Shown here one piece after another: positions 45,405 to 54,909 of a stretch of 64,000 nucleotides of DNA. The position numbers were made by a program, and so were the translations under genes. The notes beneath the pieces were generated by a model that worked only from the letters and a program-made list of their open reading frames with translations, ran no database searches and had not been told where the DNA came from. Source of the stretch: an uncultured virus (IMG/VR IMGVR_UViG_3300006217_000037) (Duplodnaviria; Heunggongvirae; Uroviricota; Caudoviricetes); the IMG/VR virus record IMGVR_UViG_3300006217_000037. One strand, 5' to 3'. The number at the start of each line of letters is the position of its first letter. The first letter of the stretch is position 1.

Positions 45405-47423
45405 TCAGCTGTAGCTCCGGTCGGTATGACTGGCGGCCTGTTCCAGCAGAATGGCCTGGAGCGCATCCGCTAGGCGCTGCCGGTCCAACTCGGTGTCGCC
45501 AGTGTTCTGGCCATTGACAGTGATAATGGGCGTCTGCGCAGTCAGGCGGATGTTGTTTATGTACTGTCGCTCAGCCATGTCCACCAGGAGCTTCATGTCC
45601 TCCTCGGACAGGGAAACGCTGCGCTTGATAGCCGCTGTGTCTTTGCCAATGGCTTCCAGGCTGCCGGGGATCCCAGAAGCGTCCAGCATGGCAGAGAAGT
45701 CAGTGCCGGTCCCGGAGAAGCCGCCCAGAATATCGTTGACGCTGAAATTATCCAGGGCGCGGCCCATTCCTGCTCCTGCCTGGGACCACTTAGCCATAGT
45801 GTCGGCATAGCTGATCTGGGTCATCCGCTCCACCTTCACCTGATTTTCCCCGAATATATCAGTGACAAATTGGTTGACCTTCCCCTGGAAGCCCTTCACC
45901 GCACCGGACAGATTAGAGCCCAGCAGCGCGTCGATAGCCCCAGCGGCGTTGCTCACCACGTCCATGATGAAGTTGAATAGGCCCAAGAACAAATTTGCAA
46001 TAGCTGCAACTGGATTGTCAAAGACGTTGGCGAAAAACTCAGCAAAGGTGGCAATCAGGTTCCAGCCAGCGGCTACCAAGTTGTAGCTAAATGTATACAG
46101 CCAGCCGGCCCCCGCCGCGACTTTGGCGAAAATCTCCTCGCTGCTCATCCCCATTGCGTACATGGCTGTGATAACCATACCAATTAGCGTAATAAACAGC
46201 AAGACAGGCCAGTTGGCTAGGGCCCAGGCCGCCGCCCGCTGTAGCGAACAGGCCACAGACAGGGCGGTGAAGGCCAGAACGGCTCCCGCCGCAAAGGTGA
46301 GGACAGTGGAAACAAAGTCCCAGTTGTCCGCGACCAGCTGCGCCCCCGCAGCCATCAGGTCAACGACGCCCTCGGCGGCGGAGCCCAGCAATTCAAAACC
46401 AGCTATCAGCCCGTTGACAGCCTTCTGTCCCAGCTCACTGTTCAGCAGATCATTCAGCTTTTGCAGGGCCGGGCGGAAGGAGTTGACAGCGGCATTGCCT
46501 GCCATAGTCCAAGCCTGCCCAAACGTAAGAGGAATACGCTCAAAGGCCGCATTTGTTTCATCCGCCGCGGCAAACAGGGCGGCCTTTACCACTTGGGATG
46601 TAATCTTTCCCTCGGACGCCAGCTCCCTCATCTGGCCGACACTGACACCCATATATTTGGCAATGGATTGGGCAATGGTAGGGGCCTGCTCCAGCACGGA
46701 GTTCAGCTCCTCCCCCCGCAGCACTCCGGAGGACATGGCCTGTGTCAACTGGAGCATAGCGGCCTGGGCTCCCTGGGTACTGGTGCCTGCCAGCTTAAAC
46801 TGCTTGTTGATCTGTTCCGCAAACGCCACCAACTCAGCACTACTGGAGAATGCCTCTCCGGCCATGGTGCCCAGTTTCCCTACCATGTCCACCGTCTCCT
46901 GATAATTCCCCCGGGACCGCTGGGCGGCCTGGTAAATCATATCCTGGAGCTGAGCGGTGGTCTGGAGTCCGTCATTCATCCGGTCCAGCCGGGCGGTGGT
47001 CTGAGTCATGGTGTCGGACAGACCCACAAAGGCCTGGACAGTGCGCAGACTGAGATAGGCTTTGGCCAGCCCCAGCATCCGCCGCTCCAGTCCGGCGGCA
47101 GAGTTCTGGCCCTGGTTCATACTGCGGTTCATCTTGTCCTGATTCCTGGACGCCTTGACTGCGGCGTCTCCCAACTTATTGGCAGAAGACGCTGACCGGT
47201 CCACCGCAGAATCCAGCCGTTCCTGCGCTGTGGCGGCCTCTGCGGCCGCTCCGGCCATCTGGTCAAGGGATGTTCCCGCCATGCGGGCGGCCCCCTCAAA
47301 CTGCTTCTGGCTGGCCGCCGCAGCCTTTCCCGCCCCAGCGGCACGGGCCAGCAGACTCAGGAACTGACCAAAGGTGGCGGAAAACCGGTCAACCAGGACA
47401 AGCTCCTCCCGTGTCGTTGCCAT
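45405..47423 (-). CDS. Tail tape measure protein
   Basis: 672 aa; QLTQAMSSGVLRGEELNSVLEQAP. Confidence 0.9.
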   Translation of the reverse strand: MATTREELVLVDRFSATFGQFLSLLARAAGAGKAAAASQKQFEGAARMAGTSLDQMAGAAAEAATAQERLDSAVDRSASSANKLGDAAVKASRNQDKMNRSMNQGQNSAAGLERRMLGLAKAYLSLRTVQAFVGLSDTMTQTTARLDRMNDGLQTTAQLQDMIYQAAQRSRGNYQETVDMVGKLGTMAGEAFSSSAELVAFAEQINKQFKLAGTSTQGAQAAMLQLTQAMSSGVLRGEELNSVLEQAPTIAQSIAKYMGVSVGQMRELASEGKITSQVVKAALFAAADETNAAFERIPLTFGQAWTMAGNAAVNSFRPALQKLNDLLNSELGQKAVNGLIAGFELLGSAAEGVVDLMAAGAQLVADNWDFVSTVLTFAAGAVLAFTALSVACSLQRAAAWALANWPVLLFITLIGMVITAMYAMGMSSEEIFAKVAAGAGWLYTFSYNLVAAGWNLIATFAEFFANVFDNPVAAIANLFLGLFNFIMDVVSNAAGAIDALLGSNLSGAVKGFQGKVNQFVTDIFGENQVKVERMTQISYADTMAKWSQAGAGMGRALDNFSVNDILGGFSGTGTDFSAMLDASGIPGSLEAIGKDTAAIKRSVSLSEEDMKLLVDMAERQYINNIRLTAQTPIITVNGQNTGDTELDRQRLADALQAILLEQAASHTDRSYS

Positions 47424-47597
47424 TTAACCGCCTCCTTTCGGCTTGGGTCTCGATTTGATCTCCTTCAGGGCGAACAGAGTTGTCAGCACCTTTTCGCCCG
47501 GGGAAAGCTCCGCAACCCTGCCGGGAGCCCACCCATGATTGACGAACATGTAGTAGGCCAGCAGCGTGTCCGGGTCTCCCCGGGCCATCAGTTTTTT
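47424..47597 (-). CDS. Tail assembly chaperone extension, -1 frameshift product
   Basis: A AAA AAC TGA at 47588-47597; -1 frame LMARGDPDTLLAYYMF...KGGG* ends at tape measure start. Confidence 0.8.
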   Translation of the reverse strand, partial: KKLMARGDPDTLLAYYMFVNHGWAPGRVAELSPGEKVLTTLFALKEIKSRPKPKGGG

Positions 47598-47992
47598 GCC
47601 TGCTCCTCCAGGTCGTCCTCAAGCCCGGACAGAGCCATGATGGCGGCGGACAGCTTGTTGTACTCCCCCACCAGCAGCATTTTTCCAGGGACCTCTAAGG
47701 GATCCATGGTACCGTAGGCCCGGCACAGCTCCTCGCTGGTGAAGTCCGGGATGACAGTGGCGGCCACCACTACCCGGCGGCTGTACTCCACGTTGTCAAG
47801 TTTCTCCACCGGCTGGCCGTTAACCTTGACCGTTCGGGTAGACTGTCGGACCAGGAGGTCATTCTCCCTCTGGGTAATGGGGCGGATGACAAAGGGAACC
47901 GGCGTGCCCTGCTCATCCAAGAAACGTTTGGAGACGACCACCGTCTCATTTTCCACCTGGGCAGGGTTCAAAAACACGTTCAAATTACTCAT
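47588..47992 (-). CDS. Tail assembly chaperone (XkdN-like)
   Basis: SKRFLDEQGTPVPFVIRPIT, C-terminal EQAKN. Confidence 0.85.
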   Translation of the reverse strand: MSNLNVFLNPAQVENETVVVSKRFLDEQGTPVPFVIRPITQRENDLLVRQSTRTVKVNGQPVEKLDNVEYSRRVVVAATVIPDFTSEELCRAYGTMDPLEVPGKMLLVGEYNKLSAAIMALSGLEDDLEEQAKN

Positions 47993-48004
47993 TTAGTACT
48001 CCTT

Positions 48005-48478
48005 TCAGGTCCCTGTCTCGGCGGGATCGTGGAAAGCGGACAGAGGCTCAAAGTCCTCGTAGGTGAAGCTGATATCCATAGTCAGCATATCCACATCGGC
48101 GTCCAGAATGGACAGGGGGATGGTTCCGGACAGCTTGCAGTTGTAGTAGGCAACCGTCTGCGTCCCCACGGTGGTGGTGGGGTCGTCGTTAGTGGTCTGG
48201 AGGGTGAAATAGGGCATGACCCCGGTGCGGATATACTGGGCCACCATATCCAGGAACAGGGGCGTACCGTAGTAGATGGTCATGGTGCCCGTCTGGGTGA
48301 CCGCCCCCGGCTTCTTCTGCACCTTCTTGGTGCCGATGACCTTCATGTCGGTGGAGGCAATCTCCGCCTGGGTCTGGACCTTCTTAGCCCCAAACAGCTC
48401 CTTGACCTGGCCGTCAATGGTGACGAAGGCCTTGCCCGAAGCGCCGTTTAGGGTATCGCGCTCCAACAGAAAACTCAT
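48005..48478 (-). CDS. Tail tube protein (XkdM-like)
   Basis: 157 aa after sheath; NDDPT, FTYEDF. Confidence 0.85.
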   Translation of the reverse strand: MSFLLERDTLNGASGKAFVTIDGQVKELFGAKKVQTQAEIASTDMKVIGTKKVQKKPGAVTQTGTMTIYYGTPLFLDMVAQYIRTGVMPYFTLQTTNDDPTTTVGTQTVAYYNCKLSGTIPLSILDADVDMLTMDISFTYEDFEPLSAFHDPAETGT

Positions 48479-48492
48479 AGCTTATCCCTCCT

Positions 48493-49842
48493 TCAGGACA
48501 CGGAGATGGTCATATAGACCTTCTCTACAGAGTCCGCGATACGGATGGCGATGGTGATGACAATACTGTCCAGGCTGTTCCCCTGCTCCACTGTCACATC
48601 GTCGCTGGTGGGGCGGTCCCGGAGGGCGCCCCGGTTGTACATGGTACGCAAATAGTCCAGGATGGTGGCCTTGAAGCTGCTCCGCCCAGCCTCATCGTTG
48701 TTGACGTGGCCCAGGAAGTTCTGGGAGAATTCCCGGTACAGGTCATTGGCCAGGGAGTTGCACACCCGCATGGTCCGGTTTTTGTGGAAGACCTCGCCGA
48801 TATCCTGGGTGTAGGTAGTCAGGGTGTTGACATCCGTCTCAATGCGGACCTGGCCAAACTCCTCGCTGAGGACAACATCTCCGGCCAGAATAGCCGCCGA
48901 AATCTCACTGTCCGTCAGCTTGGGCGTCACCGCCGCGGCGCCGGGATAGACGGAGTAGGACAGAGGCTGGTAGTACTGGGCTCCAGCCTCGGCCCCCGCC
49001 AGCCACCAGATCACCTGCTGCGGGGTAAGCTGGGCGCCATCGGTGAGGACCACACCGCATTTGTTGTTGATAACAAAGCGGCTGTCCGCTCCGCTGGCGC
49101 CGGCGGCCACCAGCTGGGTATACCGGCCGGCCTGCTCCGCCATTCGCTTGACAAAGGCGGTCATGGCTGCCAGAACGGTGGTCTCTACGCCGTCGTAGGC
49201 CAGGATATCGAAGTAGTAGGGCTCCAGAGCTTCCAGGGCGGTGGCATAGGCGGAAGCCTGCACCGTGCCGTCCGCTCCTCCAGTAAGGCTGACCCCCGCT
49301 GTGGCGGTGATGGGACCGTTACCGCTGAACGAGACCCAGCCGTTAGGCTGGAGCTGGGCTGCCGTCTGCGCCTGCTGCTCGTCCACAATCTGGCCGTTCA
49401 CCACGGTGGACACCGTGAAATTGCCGGGGTCATCCACCGAATCGGTAACCACCACGGAGATGTCGTTTCCCCGGGCGCCAGGGTACCGAGCAGTAACCGT
49501 GACAGCGCCCTCTGTACCGATGGAAGCCTCTGCGGAGGTTGCGCCGTCCGCCGTCAGGCGGTACAACAGCACCTTGGTTGGGCCGCCGGTAGTGTTGGTC
49601 CCCTTGAACATCTCCCGCAGGAACAGCGCCTGGGGCTCTGTAATGGCGTAGCCCACAAAGGGCGTCAGATTGTCCCCCGCGTTGATGGTCATTACCTGGC
49701 CCACCGGCCCCCAGGACAGAGCCTTGGCAATGGCCACGGTCCCCCGGGTGCCTGGGGCGGCCACGGGAGTCGTACCAGTTTTAAAATTGATATAGATACC
49801 AGGCCGCACCTTGTTTTGAGCGGTCCATGTGCCTCCGGCCAT
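48493..49842 (-). CDS. Tail sheath protein (XkdK-like)
   Basis: MAGGTWTAQNKVRPGIYINF, ARYPGARGN, KNRTMRV. Confidence 0.92.
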   Translation of the reverse strand: MAGGTWTAQNKVRPGIYINFKTGTTPVAAPGTRGTVAIAKALSWGPVGQVMTINAGDNLTPFVGYAITEPQALFLREMFKGTNTTGGPTKVLLYRLTADGATSAEASIGTEGAVTVTARYPGARGNDISVVVTDSVDDPGNFTVSTVVNGQIVDEQQAQTAAQLQPNGWVSFSGNGPITATAGVSLTGGADGTVQASAYATALEALEPYYFDILAYDGVETTVLAAMTAFVKRMAEQAGRYTQLVAAGASGADSRFVINNKCGVVLTDGAQLTPQQVIWWLAGAEAGAQYYQPLSYSVYPGAAAVTPKLTDSEISAAILAGDVVLSEEFGQVRIETDVNTLTTYTQDIGEVFHKNRTMRVCNSLANDLYREFSQNFLGHVNNDEAGRSSFKATILDYLRTMYNRGALRDRPTSDDVTVEQGNSLDSIVITIAIRIADSVEKVYMTISVS

Positions 49843-50024
49843 CAGATTTTCCCTCCTTTGAAAAACTTCTCCAGGGTATCCTTGGCCTCCTGGAGGGTAT
49901 AGTCCGGTTTGGTCAGCAGGACCTTGGCAAAGTCCTGCTGGTATCCGGCCAGCTCCTTGCTGTTCAACAGAGCGGCGGTTGGATACCGGAGCTCCGCCTC
50001 TTTCTCTTCAGCGGTCTTGGGCAT
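49842..50024 (-). CDS. Small hypothetical protein
   Basis: 60 aa before sheath. Confidence 0.6.
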   Translation of the reverse strand: MPKTAEEKEAELRYPTAALLNSKELAGYQQDFAKVLLTKPDYTLQEAKDTLEKFFKGGKI

Positions 50025-50477
50025 TTACGATACCTCCTCTTGGTAGCTCTGGATCGAGCGCATGAGGACCGCATCCTCCTCACGGCTTACCCAGACTTTC
50101 AGGTTGAATTTATAATGCAGGTCGCCATCAATGATGTCCCATTTGCGCTCGTAGGTCCGCAAGAGGGCAGTTTCTGCGCCCTCCTCACTCGTGTAAGGGA
50201 AGGTCTCCAGCATCTGGTCCAAAATATCAGCGGCAGCGGTGTAGCGGTCCTCCATGCCAACCTGGTTGAACTCCTCCAGATAGACCAGGTCCAGCCCCAA
50301 GGTGCGCAGGAAGCGATCACCCATCTTCTTGGCAATCCGGGCATTGGTGCGCCGTAGAAACACCGCCGGCGGTTTGGTCCCCTGCTGGTTTGGGTTGTCA
50401 TAGAAAGTCACACCGGGTAACTCCGGGGCCAGATAGCTGGCCAGAGAGCCAGAGATAGCCTGTATTGTGAATATCAT
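50025..50477 (-). CDS. Tail terminator protein
   Basis: QQGTKPPAVF, IIDGDLHYKF; synteny. Confidence 0.65.
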   Translation of the reverse strand: MIFTIQAISGSLASYLAPELPGVTFYDNPNQQGTKPPAVFLRRTNARIAKKMGDRFLRTLGLDLVYLEEFNQVGMEDRYTAAADILDQMLETFPYTSEEGAETALLRTYERKWDIIDGDLHYKFNLKVWVSREEDAVLMRSIQSYQEEVS

Positions 50478-50986
50478 GGCCCAAACACCTTCTTTGGCAG
50501 CTTGTTCAGCTCGAACTCTACAACCTCCTTGTACTTGTCCACGCCTTTTTCTTTCATATACAGGCCGGGAACATAGGCCGTCTTGGTACCCACCATCAGT
50601 CCGGCGCCAGGTATTCCAGGATCCACTCGTTCCAGCAGACCGGTATAGGGGTTCACAATCAAGCCCGGGACAAAGTGCTTGTCCATGCGGTGGCCATCAT
50701 TGACATAGCTAGCGTACTGGATGTTGTTGGCCAGAGCTGTATGATACTCGTCCCCAGTGACGACCGGGGCCACTTGGCTGTCGTTCGCCCAGTGTTGGGC
50801 CAGCTCGCCGGTAATCATGCCTGTTCCCCGGTCCTTCTCGTCACCGTTAGGCGGTGTATGGTCTTTGGCCTCTTCTACTGCTCGCATAGTAGCCCCCTGG
50901 GCAATGTCATAAAACATCTGCTGGACTACAGGGATTCGGGCCTGGAGTTCTTCCAGCCGCTGCCTGAGGGCGTCACCTAGCGCCAT
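50474..50986 (-). CDS. HK97 gp10-like protein
   Basis: TGELAQHW, YASYVNDGHR, VPGLYM. Confidence 0.75.
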   Translation of the reverse strand: MALGDALRQRLEELQARIPVVQQMFYDIAQGATMRAVEEAKDHTPPNGDEKDRGTGMITGELAQHWANDSQVAPVVTGDEYHTALANNIQYASYVNDGHRMDKHFVPGLIVNPYTGLLERVDPGIPGAGLMVGTKTAYVPGLYMKEKGVDKYKEVVEFELNKLPKKVFGP

Positions 50987-51380
50987 CCTGCACCTCTCCT
51001 CTCAGATACTCGACCTGAAGCAAAGCCAGCTCCTGATGGGCCAGACCGGGGAGGACCGCCCCGAAGGGCTCGTAGAAATAGGCCGGTTCCCCGGAAAAGG
51101 CTCTCATCTCCTGACGGGACTGCCCCAGTCTCGCGCCCCGATGGACGATGAGCTCATCCCCCGCCTGGATATCAACCTCATTGGCGCAGGCCAGCTTGTC
51201 CTCCTGCTCTACCTTAGCGGCAGTGGGCTGCATTCGGGGACCATGGACGCTGTTCCGATAGACACGGCAGGGCACACCCGCTGCCACCTGGACCCGATCC
51301 TGCTTGGTCAGTGCGCCCTCCCGGCGGTTTTGTACTCGATAGATATCCACCAGATCGGTGTACCAGTCGTTGTAGTTCAT
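50973..51380 (-). CDS. Head closure protein
   Basis: VPCRV, DIQAGDELIV, HQE; synteny. Confidence 0.65.
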   Translation of the reverse strand: MNYNDWYTDLVDIYRVQNRREGALTKQDRVQVAAGVPCRVYRNSVHGPRMQPTAAKVEQEDKLACANEVDIQAGDELIVHRGARLGQSRQEMRAFSGEPAYFYEPFGAVLPGLAHQELALLQVEYLRGEVQDGAR

Positions 51381-51865
51381 ACGACGTAGGTCCCTCCCAT
51401 GCCAGCCAAGCGGGCCCTGGTGGCCAGAAGCTGGCCGTACTGGGTGGCATTCAGGTCTCCCCATTCTCCAGTGGCCTGGGTCAGGGCACTGGTGTCATAG
51501 GAAACGGAGCTGTCTCCCAGTTGGGCGGACTTGACCACTCCCACCAGTGCCCCCGACGCGGCCGCCTGGGCTGGGCTGTCGCTGCCCTCGGACCATGTCC
51601 GCAGGTACAGTGCAGCATTGTGAGCTACATAGAGCCCACAGGCATACCGCCAGCCATCCAGCCATTTGTCCGGCTGAATGACGGCGCGGGCCTGCTGGAT
51701 AAACTCCTTCAGAATGGCGGGAGGCACCAGGCCCGTCCCGTCCGCCTTGGAGAACTGGGGGAAATCCTTCTGGAACATAGTTGCCGTGTACTTTCTCCGG
51801 CTGTGGCCGATGTTGGACGCTGCCGCCCGGACACCGAAGAACTGCGGCTTATTTGCCCAGATCAT
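51377..51865 (-). CDS. Head-tail adaptor (DUF4054-like)
   Basis: FQKDFPQF, LYVAH, SVSYD, TQYGQ. Confidence 0.8.
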   Translation of the reverse strand: MIWANKPQFFGVRAAASNIGHSRRKYTATMFQKDFPQFSKADGTGLVPPAILKEFIQQARAVIQPDKWLDGWRYACGLYVAHNAALYLRTWSEGSDSPAQAAASGALVGVVKSAQLGDSSVSYDTSALTQATGEWGDLNATQYGQLLATRARLAGMGGTYVV

Positions 51866-52130
51866 CCGGATCCTCCTGGCCGTCCGGCGCAGGCTCCTCT
51901 TCCTCGGTCTCCTCCTTGGGGGGCTTCTTCTTGGGGCTCTTCTCCTTCTTGCCGAAGTCCTTGTCCGTGCCAGAGGCGGAGAGGATCACTTTGCCGTCCG
52001 CCTCCAGGGCCTTGAGATAGGCAGAATCCTTCGCCCAGTCCGGGACCGGCCCCATGTAGTCTTTCTGCATTTTGAACCGCTCCCCATTGGGGCCGGGGAG
52101 GATGATGTTTCTCCTGGATACTACAAACAT
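51849..52130 (-). CDS. Small head-associated protein
   Basis: 93 aa after capsid; VPDWA. Confidence 0.6.
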   Translation of the reverse strand: MFVVSRRNIILPGPNGERFKMQKDYMGPVPDWAKDSAYLKALEADGKVILSASGTDKDFGKKEKSPKKKPPKEETEEEEPAPDGQEDPDDLGK

Positions 52131-52143
52131 TTCCGCACCCTCC

Positions 52144-53166
52144 TTAAATTCCGTCAAAGTACTGCATGGTCTGGGGATAGAACAGCTCCACTTCGGAGAG
52201 GTTCGCCGCATAGGCCGTGTCGTAGCAGAACTCCGTAGCGTTAGGCTGGCTCATGACCCGAGCCAGGGGAACCAGCTCCTCCACCTGGAGGAACCGCTCA
52301 TGGTTGACGTAGACCACCATGCGGTCCGTGCCTCCGGTGCCCGCGCCCTTACACCAGCGGGCGGCCCCAATGTACAGGCTCTTGCCGTTCTTGTTGGCCA
52401 CGTTGTTCTTGAGTACGTAGTCCAGGATGGTCTCCGTAGCCAGATCCGTGACCATGGTGTTCATGATGTAGGTATACTGCTCATAGGGCAGCAGGATGTG
52501 GTTGGGCATGGCGTCCTCGTCATACTCCGCAGCCTCCCAGACCGCTGTGAGGGCGCTGTTGATGTCCGCCAGAATCTGCTCCTTGGTCTTGGTAGCCCAG
52601 GTACCGCCTGTGACAGAGGTCTCGGTCACATCGGGGTTATTCACAAGCCCTGTAGAGCCGTACTTCTCCATGCCGGTGTAGACATTCTGGTCCATGTGCT
52701 TGTCGTAGGCTGTGCGCATTCCCTCCTGGAGCAGCTGGTCCAGGGAGCGGCCGGTGTAATTGGCCTTCTGCATATCCACCCACATCACCCGCAGGGCTGC
52801 AGCGAAGGTGTGGGCTTTGTACAGGCCCTTCTCCAGGTTCGCCTGGACGATGGGCAAGCCGTTGGAGCCGCCGGCCTGAAGGGGACTGCCGCCGGAGCCT
52901 CCGGTGATACCGTAGTCAACCGCTTGGGCGGAGACATAGTCCACCCAGCCCCCGCCGGACTTGACCACGATGTCACGGGGATAGGTGACGCTGGTCAGAG
53001 GCTTGCGGATCAGCGGGTCCCGCTTCTCCAGCTCGCTGGTGAGGAACGCCATGCCGGAGGCAATTCCGGCCGCGTCCATGGTCATGGCGTTCCCGCCGGG
53101 CGCAGCGCCGCCGGAGCTGGTGATTACGCCGGCGTCAAAGGTGCCGACATTCTGAAATCTTTTCAT
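52144..53166 (-). CDS. Major capsid protein (DUF2184 family)
   Basis: 340 aa; AFLTSELEKRDP, GLVNNP, PNHILLP, YFDGI C-terminus. Confidence 0.88.
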   Translation of the reverse strand: MKRFQNVGTFDAGVITSSGGAAPGGNAMTMDAAGIASGMAFLTSELEKRDPLIRKPLTSVTYPRDIVVKSGGGWVDYVSAQAVDYGITGGSGGSPLQAGGSNGLPIVQANLEKGLYKAHTFAAALRVMWVDMQKANYTGRSLDQLLQEGMRTAYDKHMDQNVYTGMEKYGSTGLVNNPDVTETSVTGGTWATKTKEQILADINSALTAVWEAAEYDEDAMPNHILLPYEQYTYIMNTMVTDLATETILDYVLKNNVANKNGKSLYIGAARWCKGAGTGGTDRMVVYVNHERFLQVEELVPLARVMSQPNATEFCYDTAYAANLSEVELFYPQTMQYFDGI

Positions 53167-53178
53167 GTTCTCTCCTCC

Positions 53179-53691
53179 TTACGCCTTATTCATGGTCAGG
53201 ATGCGCAGCTCGGCGATGCCATTGGCATCTGCGGGACCGGCCCACTGGCAGTTGGTCAGCTCCACGGTGTTCCCGCCGTCCGCCGCCGCCTCGAAGCCGC
53301 CCACCACGCCGGTGGGGATACTCTCGTTGGCCGCAATGCGGACATAGACCTCGCCGCCCAGCTTGGGAGCCCCCACATTGCACTTGACGTTGATAGCCCC
53401 GCGCATGAACACGGGAACCGCCTCGGTCTTGGCGTAGGCCCCGATATCCTGCTCCAGGTAGCTCAGGGCGCTTTTGACCTCCCGGGAGGCTACGCCCACG
53501 AAGTCCTGGGCCGTACTCCCAGCGCCCATGGGTACCACCGCGCCGTTGGCGTCGTACTGGAGCGCCGCGCCGAAGGGCAGGTCCGCCCCTGCGGGGTGGG
53601 TGTTGGCGATCATGTCCGGCTGCCGGGCATAGCTGCCGGCGTAGCCGTGGTTCATTACCTTGCCGATATTCTGAGGTGTCAGTCCGTACAT
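53179..53691 (-). CDS. Capsid decoration/cement protein
   Basis: 170 aa between protease-scaffold and capsid; GYAGSY, VFMRGAINV. Confidence 0.7.
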   Translation of the reverse strand: MYGLTPQNIGKVMNHGYAGSYARQPDMIANTHPAGADLPFGAALQYDANGAVVPMGAGSTAQDFVGVASREVKSALSYLEQDIGAYAKTEAVPVFMRGAINVKCNVGAPKLGGEVYVRIAANESIPTGVVGGFEAAADGGNTVELTNCQWAGPADANGIAELRILTMNKA

Positions 53692-53694
53692 AGG

Positions 53695-54909
53695 TTAATC
53701 CTCCTTCTGTTTCTTGTGGGGGTTCCGGGCGGCATAGGCCGCCTCCGACTCCCGGCACCGGTCCTCGAAGGTACTGGTCTTAGCGGAATCCGCCGCCTTC
53801 CTGGCATTTGCCGCTGTGGCCTCCATGACCTGGCCCATAACGTTGGGCCCCTGGATGGTGGAGAGAAGGGCGTCCACCACCCGGGAGCGCTCCGTCTCGT
53901 CCTTGATCGCTGCCACCGCAGGGCGGACCTGCTTGAGCAGCGCCACCGCAGCGTCCTTGGCCGCCGGAGACATGTCCGCCATCTCGTCCGCCGGGATGGT
54001 GACGGAGGCCTCCTTCTCCACGGGGGCTGTGCCGGCCAGCTTCTCAATAAGGTCGTCCAGGTCCTCCTCGTCCCGGAGGGCCTTCTCCTCCCGGTCGTTC
54101 TTGTGCTGGAGAGATTCCATCATCTCGATGAGCCTGTCCAGCTTACTGCCCAGGTCATCGCCCTTGGGGGCCCGCTCGACCATCACGTCGCCGGTGCCAC
54201 AGGACTGGTCGCCAGCAGGCTGGGGGTCCGTCTCCTTGCTTTCAGCCGGAGCCGCATCCAGTGCCTTTGCCGCCGTGGCTGCCAGGCCCTGGACCTCCTC
54301 CGGGGTCTCCGCCTCCTGCACCGCCATTCCGAAGGCGTTGAGGATGGCTTCCGTAAATTTGCTCATGGTTTTCCTGCCTTTCTCCGCCGTTTTGGCGGCG
54401 TCTTTTATTGCTACCTCGTGGCCGGCACGGCCTCTAGGGACCACCGCCACGTGATTGCCTCTGATGTGCTGCTGCTTATAGCCGCTCCCGTCCGGAACAT
54501 ACTCACACAGGTACCCGCAGGAGACCTCTCGGGTTACCCCATTCCACACGTCAGACACCAGGTTGGCGTCCTTTAGGATGAGGTCAGCCACGATGTAATC
54601 TCCGGACCGCCGGACGTTCTGGATGTGGCCTTTGGAGTAGCTGGCGAAGTTCTCCGGCCCCACGTCCTCCGGGGGATGGCCCTGGGTGATATCCTTGCCC
54701 TCGAAGGAGGCCAGGGCCGCCGGCTCAAAGACATCCTCCGGATAGCGGTTGACGGTGACCACCCGCTCCGGGTCGCCGTCAAGCTGTAATTCCCGAGCCA
54801 GATACTCCTGGGAGCCGGTCCGGGCAATGGGCACGTCCCGGCAGATGAGATAGCCCTCCGGGGTCTTATCCATATGGGGGCTGAGCTGAGTGCCGTAGTA
54901 AAAAATCAC
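53695..54909 (-). CDS. Prohead protease/scaffold (DUF2213 family)
   Basis: TPEGYL..VPIARTG, HPP, REVSCGY, NHVAVVPRGRAG, acidic helical tail. Confidence 0.85.
   Translation of the reverse strand: MIFYYGTQLSPHMDKTPEGYLICRDVPIARTGSQEYLARELQLDGDPERVVTVNRYPEDVFEPAALASFEGKDITQGHPPEDVGPENFASYSKGHIQNVRRSGDYIVADLILKDANLVSDVWNGVTREVSCGYLCEYVPDGSGYKQQHIRGNHVAVVPRGRAGHEVAIKDAAKTAEKGRKTMSKFTEAILNAFGMAVQEAETPEEVQGLAATAAKALDAAPAESKETDPQPAGDQSCGTGDVMVERAPKGDDLGSKLDRLIEMMESLQHKNDREEKALRDEEDLDDLIEKLAGTAPVEKEASVTIPADEMADMSPAAKDAAVALLKQVRPAVAAIKDETERSRVVDALLSTIQGPNVMGQVMEATAANARKAADSAKTSTFEDRCRESEAAYAARNPHKKQKED

Noticed and set aside
52072..54576. 834-aa plus-strand ORF and similar long antisense ORFs (e.g. 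10578-12164, 4307-5572, 56959-58266)
   Set aside because: Shadows of high-GC minus-strand genes with no recognisable motifs
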